From: the human T2T-CHM13v2.0 reference genome, Homo sapiens
Length of the DNA: 64,000 bases
Assembly: GCF_009914755.1 (NCBI RefSeq)
Contig: NC_060926.1
Direction: 5' to 3' (one strand)
Part shown: piece by piece, positions 20,524 to 36,807 of the stretch
Layout: every line of letters starts with the position of its first letter
Numbering within the stretch: position 1 is the stretch's first letter
The notes under the pieces: model-generated
Told to the model about the DNA's origin: nothing
Database searches by the model: none
What the model saw: the letters and a program-made list of their open reading frames with translations, nothing else
Position numbers and translations under genes: made by a program

Positions 20524-21899
20524 TAGAGGCTGCAGGCAGGAGGGACCACCCACGGTGAGGAATCAGGAGGCACAGAGCCTACCTGAGGGGAGGCTGAGCA
20601 CCAGGCACCCCGGTGTGGGAAGATGGGGTGAAGCTACACCACCCAAGCAGTGGGACCCCACAGACGGGAACAGGCCAGGGGGCAGGACCCACCCAAACCA
20701 CCCAGAGTCTGAGCTAGAGAGACTGGCTTTGATGCTGCCTCCCCTCCCCTCTCCTCCTTCGCCTCCACATGCAGCAGAGCCCACCCCAGCCCCTGCCTCT
20801 GGGCCCCTCACCCCTCACTTCTCCAAAGAGGAGCAGGCGGAGTCAGGATGGGAGAAGCAGAGGGAGCAGCCACTGGGCGAGCCCCAGCTTGAGGACTAGC
20901 TGGGCCCTGTGGACACTCAGGTTATGCAGGACCTGAACTGTCTCCTAGTCCGGGGCTCTGCCTCGTGAGGATCGAGGCCAGCACGTCCCTGCAGGGCACC
21001 AAGCATCTGCTGAGCACCTGCAGTAAGAGTTCCCAGACGCTCACGAGGCAGTTCCCCTTCGGGCAGCACCAATATATGTGTGTTCCTCACCCTGAGTCAG
21101 ACTCTACCTTTCTCCTGGTTCTAATCCTTTGGGGCTGTGTCCTCTATGGACAGCTCTCCTAGCACCCGGTGACCTGTTCTCCCCTGAGTCATACCATAGA
21201 CTCAGATTGGGATCACCCCTCAACCCAACCCCAAAGAAGTCCTAGTACTTGGTAAAGGTGTGAGCTGCTGAGCGTGGTCTCACCCGCAAGGCCTTGCCCC
21301 CAGCTTCTCAAGGACGTGTGTACACATCAAGGGCACCTGCGGTGGGGTGTGTTTGCAAGTGGCGGTTTCGCTGAACCCTAAGTTCACCATCCCCCCCCGC
21401 CCTCACCATACAAGGTCTGGACTTGCTGCTAGCCCCTGTGAGCACCAGGAGGACTGGTTTGTGCATCCGACGCAGAGAGTGAAGGATTCTCTTAATTCAG
21501 GTGTGGCCCATTCAGAGTGAAGACTCTCGTGTTGATCTTTAAGTGAACTAAAACAAACATTTCATCAGATGATTTGCATTATGTCAGCCCCTTTAAATAC
21601 CAGGTGTTCATTTCCTAGAACTCAGAGATTGGAGGGGCGTGTGTTACCCTCCTGGGTCTCTTCAGCAGGAGAGATTCAAGATGACCCCCGGGCTGGCCCT
21701 GAGGTCACCACGGTCATGTGGTGTTTGCCAGCACGAGATGCTCATGCCCTGGTGGGTGCAAAATGATTTTAAGTGATAACATGAAAAGTAGACTCTTTAA
21801 TGGCCCCTCGATGCGCAAAGCCAGTCATGATCTTTGGTTCATGTTGCACTCTCACGCTAGCTACCTTTTATTTAGTTATTAGCCTTTGAATAATGACTA

Positions 21900-23690
21900 A
21901 ATCAAGAACCCAACCTATAAACTTGGATGTGAACGATACCTTCTATCTTGCCATCATACTCCCTGTTCTCTCCCCTCAGTTAACCATGATCCTGAACTTT
22001 GTGCCTAGAATTCCTTTGTTTTTTCAGAGTGGAAGGTGCGGGGAGTGATTTTATGGTACATATATGTATGGCAGAACAATAAGTGAGTTTTCTTTGCAAG
22101 ATAATTATCTTGCCATGTGTGATCGTTAGACCTGTGTTTTCACTCCGCATTCTCGGACTGAGGTTGGCCCATGCGGTCTGGGCGGCTGCGGCTTATTCAC
22201 ACCTACTATTGAGCACAGAGTCCACTGAGTGAACTGACCGGCTCTTCTCCCCTCTCTGTGCAGAGAACATGTAGGTTGTGTTTGGTATGAGCAGTGCTGC
22301 AGTGGATGTTCCTGTACAGGTTTTCCAGTACGTGTGCGGGAGTGGAAAAGCTGGATCTAGGATGAGGATGTGTGAATGCCCAAATTACATGAGAACTAAG
22401 TCATTTTCTAAGAGGCGATAGCAGTCTGCGCTCCCTCCAGCAGTGATGAAGACATGCAGTGAATCCAGTCTCTCTAGAACTAGGTTTTGCCGGGTTTGCA
22501 GATCCTACAGGCAGAACGGGTGGGATGCACACCCCTGGGATCTGGGTTTGCATCTCCTGGGCACTGATGTGACTGCGCCTCTCCTCATGGGCATCCACCA
22601 AAGGTGTTTGCTTCTGTGAAATGCCTGATCACGCCTTTTGACTTTATGTTGGGTTATTTGTACTCTTTTTATTCATTTGTCAAAATTCTTATATGTTTTG
22701 ATACTGATCCTTTGTCAGGTCTGTGTTCTGCAGGTATCTTCCTCCAGCCTCTGGCTTGTCCTTCCCTGTTCTTGGTGGTACTTCCTAATAGAGAAAAGTT
22801 CATAATCAAATTTATCAAGCATTAGTGGTTAACAAGTTGGGAGCCTTCTTTAAAAAATATCCTTCCCCACACCAAAGTTAGAAAGTTATTCATGTATATT
22901 TTTTTCACAAAGATGTAAAGTTTTGCTTTTGACCTGTAGGTCATTAATCTGTTAGACTGTGTGTGTGTGAGAAGTTGGGCTACAATTTCATTTTTTATGC
23001 ATATGGGTAAACTGGATTTTTCATCTCTTCATGCTAAAAAGTCCCTTTTTCCCCCACTGTCAGTATCAAAATTCCACATATAAAAGTAGAATTCTGGCGG
23101 CGTCAATTTGATACATCTGTGCCAATACTGCCCTGTGTTCACTCTAACTTTGTAAGTCCTGGAACTGATTGGCAAAGTTCCTTTCCTTTACTCTTCATCT
23201 TCAGAAGTATCATTGCTACCCTTGGCCTTTTTTCTTCCACATATACACCTTCAAATCTAGTCACACTCTATGGAAAAGGCCTTTGAGATAATGATGACTG
23301 GGTGTGCATTCAATCCATTGACCATTTTTGTGAAAATTGACATCTTTAGGATAGTAAGTCTATATCCATGGACATGGGATGTCTCTCCATATATGACATT
23401 ATGACTTATTTAATATCTTTCAGTAAAGTTTTATATGGAATTCAGACTTATTCCTAGGTATTTTATAGTTTGATACTATTATATAGTTTGATACTAGTAT
23501 ATACTTTAAAAGTTACTTTTCCTGATTATTTATTACTGGAGTATAGATATTTATTTGACCTTTGCATACTGACCTTATAGCCAACCATCTTGCCAAACTC
23601 TCCTATTCTTGTCATACATTCTTTGGGGTTTTCTATATATATATAAAATCATATCCTTTTAAAGATTAATTGTTTGCCTTTTAAAACTCA
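21900..23690 (-). mobile_element. Old L1 fragments, antisense
   Basis: T-rich; antisense L1 ORF2/3' motifs (tttgcatctcctgg, cttctgtgaaatgcctg, aattgacatcttta). Confidence 0.7.
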
Positions 23691-23695
23691 GACCT

Positions 23696-23795
23696 GCTCA
23701 CACCTGTAATCCCAGCACTTTGGGAGGCCTAGGCAGGTGAATCACTTGAGGCCAGGAAGGAGTTCAAGACTAGCCTGGCCAACATGGTGAAACCT
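23696..23795 (+). mobile_element. Alu left-monomer fragment
   Basis: gctcacacctgtaatcccagcactttgggagg...aacatggtgaaacc, abruptly truncated. Confidence 0.85.
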
Positions 23796-23911
23796 GTTGG
23801 TGTGGTAATGGGTTAAGGATAGGCATTTAGATCAGTGGAAAAGAACTGAGAGTCCAGGGCCGGGCGCGGGGGCTCACGCCTGTAATCCGTGGAAAAGAAC
23901 TGAGAGTCCAG

Positions 23912-24357
<446 letters not shown>

Positions 24358-24607
24358 TCATAACACAAATTACCACAAATTGACCAACAACCTAAATGTT
24401 AGGAGCTAAAACCAAAACTCTTAGAAGAAAACATAGGAGTAAATCTTCATGACCTTCGATCATGAGGGTCCTTAGGCTCAACAATAAAAGTATGAGCAAC
24501 AACAAAAATCTATATATAAACTACTCTTCATCAAAACTTAAAACTTCTGTGCCTCAAAGGATGCCATCAAGGAAGTGACATGACAACCTGTGGAGTGGAG
24601 GAAACAT

Positions 24608-24787
24608 GCAAATCATACCTGATCAGAGACCCGCGTCTAAAATAAAGAGCTCTGACAACTGAACAATAAAAAGACAAACAACCCAGTTCAGACATGGGCA
24701 AATCATACCTGATCAGAGACCCATATCTAAAATAAAGAGCTCTGACAACTAAACAATAAAAAGACAACCCAATTCAGACAGGGGCAA
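24608..24787. repeat. ~90-bp tandem duplication within L1
   Basis: gcaaatcatacctgatcagagaccc...ttcagaca twice. Confidence 0.88.
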
Positions 24788-25204
24788 AGGACCTAAAAAG
24801 ACATTTCTGCAAGGAAGATATGCAAATGGCCAGTAATCACACCGAAAAGATCCTTGACATCATTAGTCAGCAGGGAAATGCACATCAAAACCACTAGGAT
24901 GGCGGGAATTAAAAAGTCAGATAATAATAAGCATTGGTGAGGACGTGGAGAGATCAGAACCCTCTACGCTGCTGGTGGGACTGTAAAGTGGTACAGCTGC
25001 TCTGGAAAACAGTCTGGCAGTTCCTTAAAGGATTAAACCAATAGTTACCGCATGACCCAGTAATTCCACTCCTAGGTATATACCCAAGAGAAATGAAAAC
25101 CTATGTCCACATGAGGTCCTGTACACAAATATTTATAGCAGCACAGCACAAAAGCCAGAAAGTAGAAACCACCAAAGTGTCAATCAACTAACGAAAGGAA
25201 AAGT

Positions 25205-25589
<385 letters not shown>

Positions 25590-25884
25590 CTACAACATGG
25601 ATGAATCTTGAAAACATGCTAAGTGGAAGAAGCCAGACACAGAAGACTCTATGTACTATGATTCCATTCATATGAAAGTCCAGCAGAGGGAGCTCTCTAG
25701 TGACAGAAAGTACATTAGCGGTTGCTCAGGACTGGAAGGTGGAGGGGATGGGGAAGGCAGTAACAGCTAAAAGGTACAAGGTTTCTTTCTGAGGTCACGA
25801 AAATGTTCTAAAATTGTGCTGATGGATGCCTGTATCTGTGAATATGCTTAAAACCAATAAATTGTACACTTTGGGTGAATTTTA

Positions 25885-26607
<723 letters not shown>

Positions 26608-27105
26608 TCATTTTAATAAAGAAATGAAACTAATAAGATGGTTCACTAAATGAGGAGGGAAAGAACTGCATAATGGGACTGCAGATCGGCGAGGCTTCTC
26701 TGAATGAACCTTGTTTTACAGTTTTGACTTTAGAACCAAAAAAAAGGTTTTAAAAACAATAAAAAGAAAAGGCAACACCTAAAAATTGAAAACATACTGA
26801 AATAAGTAAACCTAGTTATCATGTGGATGGCATAACCACACAGGAAAAAAATATCATTGCAAGCGATTTTAATAAGAGTAGTCTGTTCACCCCTAATGGA
26901 ATATGGTCTAAGGATAAAAAGCATCGCCAAGGAATGTTAGGCTATACTCAGTGATCTTAATGTTAGTAGTAATACCTGAATTGTTATTTTGAAATGATTG
27001 CATGTATATGGTAGGATAAAGAAAATAATTGTTAACGCCACCAAGATTTTCAGTGTAAAGAATTAAAAATATAAAATGAAAGAAGTTAAAAATCTTGTTT
27101 GTTTT

Positions 27106-27466
<361 letters not shown>

Positions 27467-28766
27467 TTATTTTTTAAAGAAGCCTAATTTTCTAGTTCTG
27501 TTCATTGAAAGGCCTGAAGCTGTGACATCCCATAATAGGGAGCGGTGTGAGTGCCAGGCTGTGGGCTCTAGATCTCGTTCTCACCAAGAAGCCAGTGATC
27601 TTTGGAGAAATGGGTGATTCCAAGACTGAAGCAGGATGTGGACAAAATAAGCCCAGGACATGTTGTGTAAAAAGCAAGCAAGCTTTCAAAACAGCAGACC
27701 ATGTCCTGAGGGCGGGGAGCCAACCTGAAGGGCTCCCGCTGTCCAAAGACAGAATAAATTGAGCATCAGGAAAACAACTGACAGCAATGGACGGAAGCCC
27801 ATGAAATATACCAATATCTCTGTGTTCATCGTGATGCTCAGAAAGAAGAAGCAACCTAGTGGGCAACTTTGGAGCTTGCTGAGGACCAACTCGGTCTGCA
27901 GGCACACAAGCAAAGGAGCAGGGTGGAGCCTTCACGCTGCCGTGCCTGTGTGGACCAGTCCAGGGTGACCACGGGGTAGGTGAGGGAAAGCCTGTCTTCA
28001 CAGACCACTCTCCAGCTGGTGAGGGCAGGAGCGACAGGGACAGACACAGGTCTGTGAGAGGACAGCCCTTGGATCAGGGATCTCGATGTCTTGCTCGAGC
28101 CATCAGGTGCAAGGCCCGTGGGGACTTTTTTCTGGGTTGGTCAGGCTGCCAGCACTGGACCAGTGACCAGTCCTCGTGTCACTCGAGTGGGACTTGGACA
28201 CATCACAGGCTGCCTGGGCTGGCTGGGGGTGCACACGCATCCCTGGGCAGCAGCCCTGCAAAGACCATCTGAACCTAAATCCTATCAAGCACCTCTCTCT
28301 AGTGAGAGTTCACAGGAAACACAGGGGTGGGATCAAGTGAGCAGTAAGTCACATCCATTAGAGCACCAGGAGGGACCTCAGGATCCAAGCAGCAGAAACC
28401 GTGTTCAGGGGCAAAGCCAGCAAGGGTCGGGGTGGGGAGGGGCCACAGGCCAGTGGGGGCTCAGCACTGAAGGCCCCGCTCCTCCCTCCCTCTCCCTCCT
28501 CCTTCTCCTCCTCCTTGTTTTTGTTTGTCTTCCTTCCTTCCAGTAATGAGGTCAGGGCCGAGCACACTGCGGCCTGTCTCCTCACCTCTGCTCTCTCTCA
28601 ACACCTGAACTGGGACCACGCTCTAGGGCCCAGAGGCGTTTGGGAGGCCACCGCAGCACACCACAGAGGAGTGCACGGCCACCCTGCATCAGGTCATCAA
28701 GGAAGGGACAGCAACATGTCCATGAGGCAGGCCTGTCCTGGGGTTCCAGTGACTAACCTCTCGTGA

Positions 28767-29033
<267 letters not shown>

Positions 29034-29219
29034 TGACCCCTGAGCCCCCAGGGGCTGCGCTGCTGCCCCAAGCACCAGGATGAGAGGTGCTGCCCATCAC
29101 GGGGGTCAGAACAGCCACAGCATGCGAGGCACAGCTTCGGAGGGCTCCCTGACCCAGCCAGAGCGGTGTCAGGAGAAGGGACTCTCCACCCCCACAATAC
29201 CAACCCACCCCGGCCTTAG

Positions 29220-29468
<249 letters not shown>

Positions 29469-29976
29469 TAAGTTGGTTTCTGTCCTCCGCCTTACCGCAT
29501 TTGTCGTGTGTTCTTGACTCCTCAAAGTGCTGTCTCAAAGCTACCCAGCTAACCCTGAGGAGGGACGATGGCTGCAGTCACAGAAGGGACTTGCTTTGAC
29601 CATCGATTCCCTCCATGTCACAAATTAGGCAGCTGAGGCAGAAAAACCGAATAACTGCCCCAAGTCCATGCAGCTCAGGAGCAGGGGCTGAGAAGAACGC
29701 AGGCTCCTGGTCCCCAGGCCCCCAGGCCTTCCTTCCCACACATCAGCCCAGTCCCCACTGGATGGCAGAGCCAACTGATGTGACCTTCCTCTCTTCTCTT
29801 CCTCAGAGCCCCCTGGAAAAACAAACAGCTCATGAGAATGCCGGCCCCAGTTCTGCCATTAACTCATGATGTGGCCTTAGGCCCCCCATCTCCAAAATGG
29901 GCTGTGGAGGGAGAGATGCCCAGCCCATCTCTTAGGTCCTTTCTTGCTAACACTCTATGACTCTGTCGGTCACACA

Positions 29977-30082
29977 GTCCATTTAGTCAACAGATGACTT
30001 ACTGAGCACCTGCTGTGTGCCGGGCACTGTCCATTTAGTCAACAGATGACTTACTGAGTACCTGCTGTGTGCCGGGCACTGT
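29977..30082. repeat. 52-bp tandem duplication at L2 3' end
   Basis: gtccatttagtcaacagatgacttactgag(c/t)acctgctgtgtgccgggcact twice. Confidence 0.9.
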
Positions 30083-30720
30083 TCTAGATACTCAGCACAC
30101 ATCAGAACAGAGCAGACCAAAGCCCTGCCTTCAGGACCCGTTCATTGCAGATGAGGGGACAGACAACAGACAGCAGTGAGAGTGTGGTGTGTGGTGTGGC
30201 AGGTGGTGAGTGCAAAGGGAAAAAGGACGAGATGACAGGACGAGACCAGGAGAGCCTGCTGGGGATGGGCAGGGCTGGTGCAGCAAGAGGGCAGCCTCCT
30301 GGGGAGGGCGATGCTGAACAGACATGGAGGAGGGATGGACATTCCAGAGCCAGAGGACAGTTACCAGGGCCCCAAGTCAGGAGTGTCCCTGGCATGTTGG
30401 GGGAGAAGTGGAGAGTGGTGAGAGGTGAGGGACAGGGAACCCTCGGGGCCATGGAGACCCACAGAAGGACTCTGGTGTTTGTCCGGCATGAAATGGGGAG
30501 CTACTGAAGGGTTCTGAGCAGAAGAGTGACATGTTCGATTACACTACTTTGGATGCTCTGTGGAGAATGGGATGTAGACGGGCAAGGGTAGAAGCTTCAT
30601 TAGAGCTTGGACATGAAGCCAGGTGTAATATGTAGCAGGAACACATATGAGATACTAATCTGTGTTGGGATTTGGGAAGCCGTGTTGACAGCCCACTGAA
30701 TTCGGATTCTATGCAGTGAG
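30030..30720 (-). mobile_element. L2 fragment
   Basis: actgagtacctgctgtgtgccgggcactgttctagatact; gaagggttctgagcagaagagtgacatg. Confidence 0.7.
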
Positions 30721-31219
30721 AGTCCGAATCCACAGTATCTGCCATCTTCCCGCTGTGCTTAGTTACACCAGTGCCTGCTGGTGACCACCAAGTATCCAAC
30801 AAGAAGACCCTTCACTTCCTGAAAGCATTCTATCCTTTCACTTTTAACCTATCTGCATATTTCAAGTGACTTTCTAGTATTTAACATAGAGGTGGGTCTT
30901 GCTGGATATCTAGTCTGACAGTCTGGTTTTTATTGGAGTATTTAGACCATTTACTACCTTCCACATAATGGCTGATGTGGTTGGATTTAAACTGCCATAT
31001 TACTATTTGTTTTCTATTTTTCCCACCTGCTTTTTGTTCCTTTTTTCTTTTTTCCTGCCTAATTTTGGATTACTTTTTAGGATTCCATTTTGTCTCCACT
31101 ATGGGCTTACTGGTTATACTTCTTAGGTTTATTGTTTAGAGGTTGCTCTGGGATTTGCCATACACATCTTCACCTTAACACAATGTACCCTTAATTACTA
31201 TTGTACGAGTTCAATATGA

Positions 31220-31606
<387 letters not shown>

Positions 31607-32961
31607 TAATCACTAGTAGACAACTTCAGTATCCATGGCAGCGGCTGACATCAAGCTTCCACTTCCCTCCCATCCTTTGAATTATTATCAGACTTTTTCC
31701 TTCCACATATGCTGTGAACTGCACTATACGTTATTTTTGCACTCAAAAATTATCTTGTTTTAGATATTGAAAGTAAAGTATTTTGTATTTATTGTACATC
31801 TGCCTGCCGACTCCAGCACTCTTCATTCCTTTTTGTAGATCTAGGATTCCATCTGGTATCATTTCTCTTTGCCATAAGAACTTAACTCTAACATCTCCTA
31901 TAGCACAGGTCTGCAGGAGATGAATTCTCTCTGCTTTTGTCTGAAACTATTTTTTTTTCACCTTCATTTTTGAAGAATATATTTGCTGAATATAGACTTC
32001 TTGATTGACAGTTATATTTTTTTCTTTCATGACTTAAAAGTTGTCATGGCTTTGTCTTCTGGCTTGCATAGTTCCAGACAAGAAGACTGCAGTCATTCTT
32101 ACCTGTGTTACACTGTATGGAATGTGTCTTCCTGCCCCTTTTATGTTTTCCCTTTATGACTGTTTTTGGACAATTTAATTATGATGTGCTTCTCGGTATG
32201 GCTACGTTTTGATTCTCTGGAGTTTAAGCTTCTTGTATTTCTGGGTTTTAATTTTGTCAAACTTCGTAAAATTTTTGCCATTATTTCTTCATATATTTTT
32301 CCTGTCCCTCCATTTCTTCTACTTCTGGGACTCCAGTTATGCGTGTATTAGACTGATATTGTCCCACAGGTCACTGCAGCTCTTCTCAACTTTTTCAGTC
32401 TTTTCATTTTGGACAGATTCTATTGCTATGCACTCAAGGTCATTGATCTTTTCTTCTGCAGCATCTACCATTAATCCTGTTCAACAAAAGTTTTATTAAT
32501 ACTGTGTTTTATCATCTCCAGAAGTTTCATTTAGTTGTTTCTTAGATGCTCCAATTTCTATCTTCATTATCTTTATATTTTCCTTTAGCTCACTGAACAT
32601 GTGGAACAAATTTATAATAGATATTTTAAGGTCCTCATCTGCTATTTCTGTCATCACTCTCATGTCTGGGTCTTATTCTATTTGATTATTTTTCTCTAGG
32701 TTATGGGTCACTTTTTTGATTATTCAAATGATTCTTGAATGTCTTATAGTTTTTTATTGGATGCTGGGCATTGTAAGTTTTATGTTACTGACGCTGGATT
32801 TGTTTGTTTGTTTGTTTTCTTTTCAAGAATGTTTTTTCTCTGCAAGGCATTATCTGAGTATAGTTTGATCCTTCTGAGGCTTGTTTTAGGTGGCTTTGGA
32901 GTAGCCTTTATTCTGGGGTTAATTTTGCCCTAGTTCTATGGCATGGCCTTTCTGCGGTTTC

Positions 32962-33267
32962 TTTTTTTTTTTTTTTTTTTTTTTTGAGACAGTGTCTTGC
33001 TCTGTCGCCCAGGCTGGAGTGCAGTGGAGCGATCTCAGCTCACTACAACCTCCGCCCTCCTGGGTTCAAGCTATTCTCCTGCCTCAGACTCCCAAGTAGC
33101 TGGGATTACAGGCACTCACCACCATGCCCAGCTAATTTTTGTATTTTAGTAGAGACAGGGTTTCACCATGTTGGCCAGGCTGGCCTCAAACTCCTGACCT
33201 CAAGTGATCGGCCCGCCTTGGCCTCCCAAAGTGCTGGTATTACAGGAGTGAGCCACCGCACCTGGCC
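32962..33267 (-). mobile_element. Alu (AluS-like)
   Basis: poly-T; TSD-like tctg(c/g)ggtttct. Confidence 0.9.
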
Positions 33268-33914
33268 CTGTCTGGGGTTTCTATGGATGGCCTAATAAAC
33301 AAGATCTCTCTACTCTGGCTCTGGAAATCGTTCAACTCCTCAGTAGTTCTTCTTTGCCTTGTGGGGATTCACCCTATGCATGCACAGCTTTATTTCCAAC
33401 CACAGGCCCAAGGGGACCCTACACAGATTCTGGAGTTCCTCCTCTGCATAGTTCCCTCCTCTTCAGTACTCTGCCCCACAAATTCCAGCTGCCTCTGTCT
33501 CCCCAACTTCAATCTCTGTTTCCTCAACTCAGTGTGACCACTGCTTGGATCCCCTTTCTCTGTGATGCCATCCAAAAACTTCTCTAGGCTGAATTCCAGG
33601 CTGACCACAGGACTCATCTCATCTGTTTCTCCTCTCTCAGGGATTACAGTCTCGTGTTGTCTGTTTTCTAACATCTGACATACAGTTACTTACTATATTT
33701 TGTCCAGTTCTCTGGTTGTTCACATTGGGAGGTTAATTCCAGATTCTGTTACTCTTTCATGTCCAGAAATGGAAGTCTTACCACAGGTTTTCGATCCTAA
33801 AGGTTCTATGAGACTTAGCATATGAGTTGGAGCTTTGCCTGCTGAACTCCTTGGATTTCCCTTTTAAACAGCTCTGACATTTGAGAACTTTAACAAAAGA
33901 CAAAACGCCTTCCC

Positions 33915-34075
33915 ATCCATTATTATCTACAAACTTGTAAGAGAGATGGTATGAGTAGGTCCCATTTTTACCTGCAACCGAGGCTTAAAACTTGAAGAGA
34001 CTTGCTCAAAGTAGCCTGGTTAATAAATGGAAGAGGCAGGAGATGAAATCGGGTCTCCTGTTCTACAATGCCTAC
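33915..34075. mobile_element. MIR fragment
   Basis: cccattttacctgcaaccgaggctt...gacttgctcaaag core similarity. Confidence 0.55.
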
Positions 34076-34426
34076 ATCCGAATCCCGAATCCCCAACACT
34101 CCTCAAACTTCTCTGTGAAATACCCAGAAAAACAGAAAAGCGAGGCCATACCTTCCCCAGGCCTCCGGCCAGGTGGCTGCCTCTAGCACTGACATGTCTT
34201 TGACATTTCACATTTTATTTTTAGTACCATATCCTTTGTCAGTGCTCATCAGAATGCACATTAAAATGGGTTTATTTTATGCATATTACTGTACCACAAT
34301 AAATTTATTACAAATCACATGACCTTTATGTTAGACATTTTAATACATCAATAGGAGGTCACGTTTCATTCAGAAAATAGCAGTTTTTCCCTCAAACACC
34401 TTCAGGTTTACTGTGGGTTCACATAG

Positions 34427-34675
<249 letters not shown>

Positions 34676-35467
34676 TGAGCCAGGCGGTCTACTCGCCCAG
34701 ATAGGCAGCCCCTGGGCAGCCACGTTCTGCTACGAAACTGTATGTCCATATATGTGCATGTGAGCATACCCAGAGGGGCACAGCCGGGCATGCTGGGTGC
34801 TGGGGGGGGTCACTCTGGTTATGCATATTCACACAGAACATGGTGCTACAATTGGGAAGCACAGGGTGTTACGGACAGCCCCGAGTATTTAATGGCCGAT
34901 ATAGCGCGTCGCTCTTTACTTTTTATTCACTCACACCCAGGTTCTTTCCACAAAGGGTTCAAGGTAGTTACAAGAATTACTACTGTTTGGCGTTTGCTGA
35001 AAGAAGTACGTGAGAATATTATATGCTTTAGAAACCACAGAGTCGAAGCCTGTCATCGTCCTCATAGACCAATGAGTAGCCACACGTACTTGTTTGGCAT
35101 TACCAAGTGTCCGGGCAAGGCCGCAGCCTGCAGCTCACCAGCCGTGCTGCTCGGCCTGTGCACGTCACCGGCTCTTCCCTAGGGTAGCTTTTGCTTGCTT
35201 TCTCCCACGTCCATCCTCTCTCTCTCTGACTCACAGCCAGCCAGGTTTCTAGCCTTGTCATTCCTAAACTACTGCCTCAAGCCAGGCGGGCGCACACAAA
35301 CTAAAATGCTAATCTCCACAGCGGTGTCTGGACTAATGGTGTCCCCCACCGTGGAATGTATGTGAGCTAAAGACAGGATCTCAGCAGGCAGCCTGGACTG
35401 AGGTAGCTGTAGAATTCAAGGTACACAGTCTCTTTTTCATTAAACGACTTTTCTCTAATTATTTCAG

Positions 35468-35504
35468 GAAACAAAGTAAGAGTCAGACACTGGAGAAATC
35501 TTAA
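35468..35504 (+). CDS. SNED1: SNED1 last coding exon, stop TAA 35502-35504
   Basis: tttcag|G AAA CAA...TCT TAA G|gtacgt; KQSKSQTLEKS*. Confidence 0.9.
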
Positions 35505-36807
35505 GGTACGTCCCTGCTGCTCCCGCCCCACTACCACAGAGCTGCTGGGAAGTGGGGGGCGACTGCCCAGCCCCGGGATCTCAGAGTGCCGCTGCCTGCT
35601 TACTCAGCACTGCTAAAGGAAGCGCGGTCCTGTGCTGCTGTGTTACAGACTCCCGGGCAGGAAGGTTCAGAAGTCCCCAAGGGGAAACAGACATGAACCT
35701 GGTCTAGCCACTGACAAATACACCTTCAGGTGGAAATGAGGCTCTCTGTGGATAGGGCAAATCCCACTCTCTCTCAAGGGAAATGTGGCCAAGAAACCCC
35801 TAGATCAGCTGCAGTGGGAGGAAGAGGCAGGGGGGTGGGCCCTTGGAGAGGCTGGAAGACCACCTGGCACCTGGGAGGAGGGGCCACGGGCAGCGGGAGG
35901 GCCTGGGCTGCTGAGAAATTCCGGGGGCTCCAGGAGAGGGCTGAGAGAGTGCCTCCCAGATCTTGTGAACGGCATTCTGTTGGAACTAAAAGTGGGGCAG
36001 GGGCCTTGATCGCTTAATATTTAGAAAGTGTTGAAGACCGCCGCTAGAAAGTCGTCACTGACACTGGGCTCATAGGCATTCATAAATCCTGACGTGAAAG
36101 GAACTTCCTCTCGCCTTTGTTTAAGCCAGCATTTCCCAAACTCTTTTGGCAACCAAACCCCATCCTGCCCCCACCTCCCCACACAAACTGCCGAATCTTA
36201 AACAACACTGGCATTCTTCACAATCGTTTGCAAGAGACTGGGATATACCATAGAAAGCCATCTACAACCTGTTACCAGTTTCATACTGACCATCATTTTT
36301 TATCAACATGTCACTGCATGAAAGATGAATCTCTGGTTGGCCTAGGACAGCTTTGCTCTTCCTGCCCCTTATAGGAGCCCTCACAGTTCATCTTCCTGGT
36401 GGCGCAGATGAGTGAGGCACCCTTGGGTGACAAGCCACTTCAAAACAGGTCTATGTTTTGTTACGTGCCTAAAAAAATAAAGGAGAAATGTCATTCAGGA
36501 ACCTTTAAAAACAAACAGAAGCAAAACAGCTTTTCAGATATAGGCTCACACACACCAAAGGAAGAGTGTCCACACCCCCTTGGGGGAAAGGTCTGGGCCG
36601 GAGCTCCGCACATGGCAGGAACTTGAGCTCTGAGTTGGCCATGACAGAGTGCATGCATCTGCCTCTTCGGATGTGGAAAGTCTCTCCATAAGAGAGTAGC
36701 CGGCAGCATTCACTTCCTGTTGACTCGAGGGAATCACTTCCCGCTCCCACCTCACCCTCCAAAGACACACACACTAAGCACACTCCAGGCTTGTAAGCAA
36801 TTTCCTA

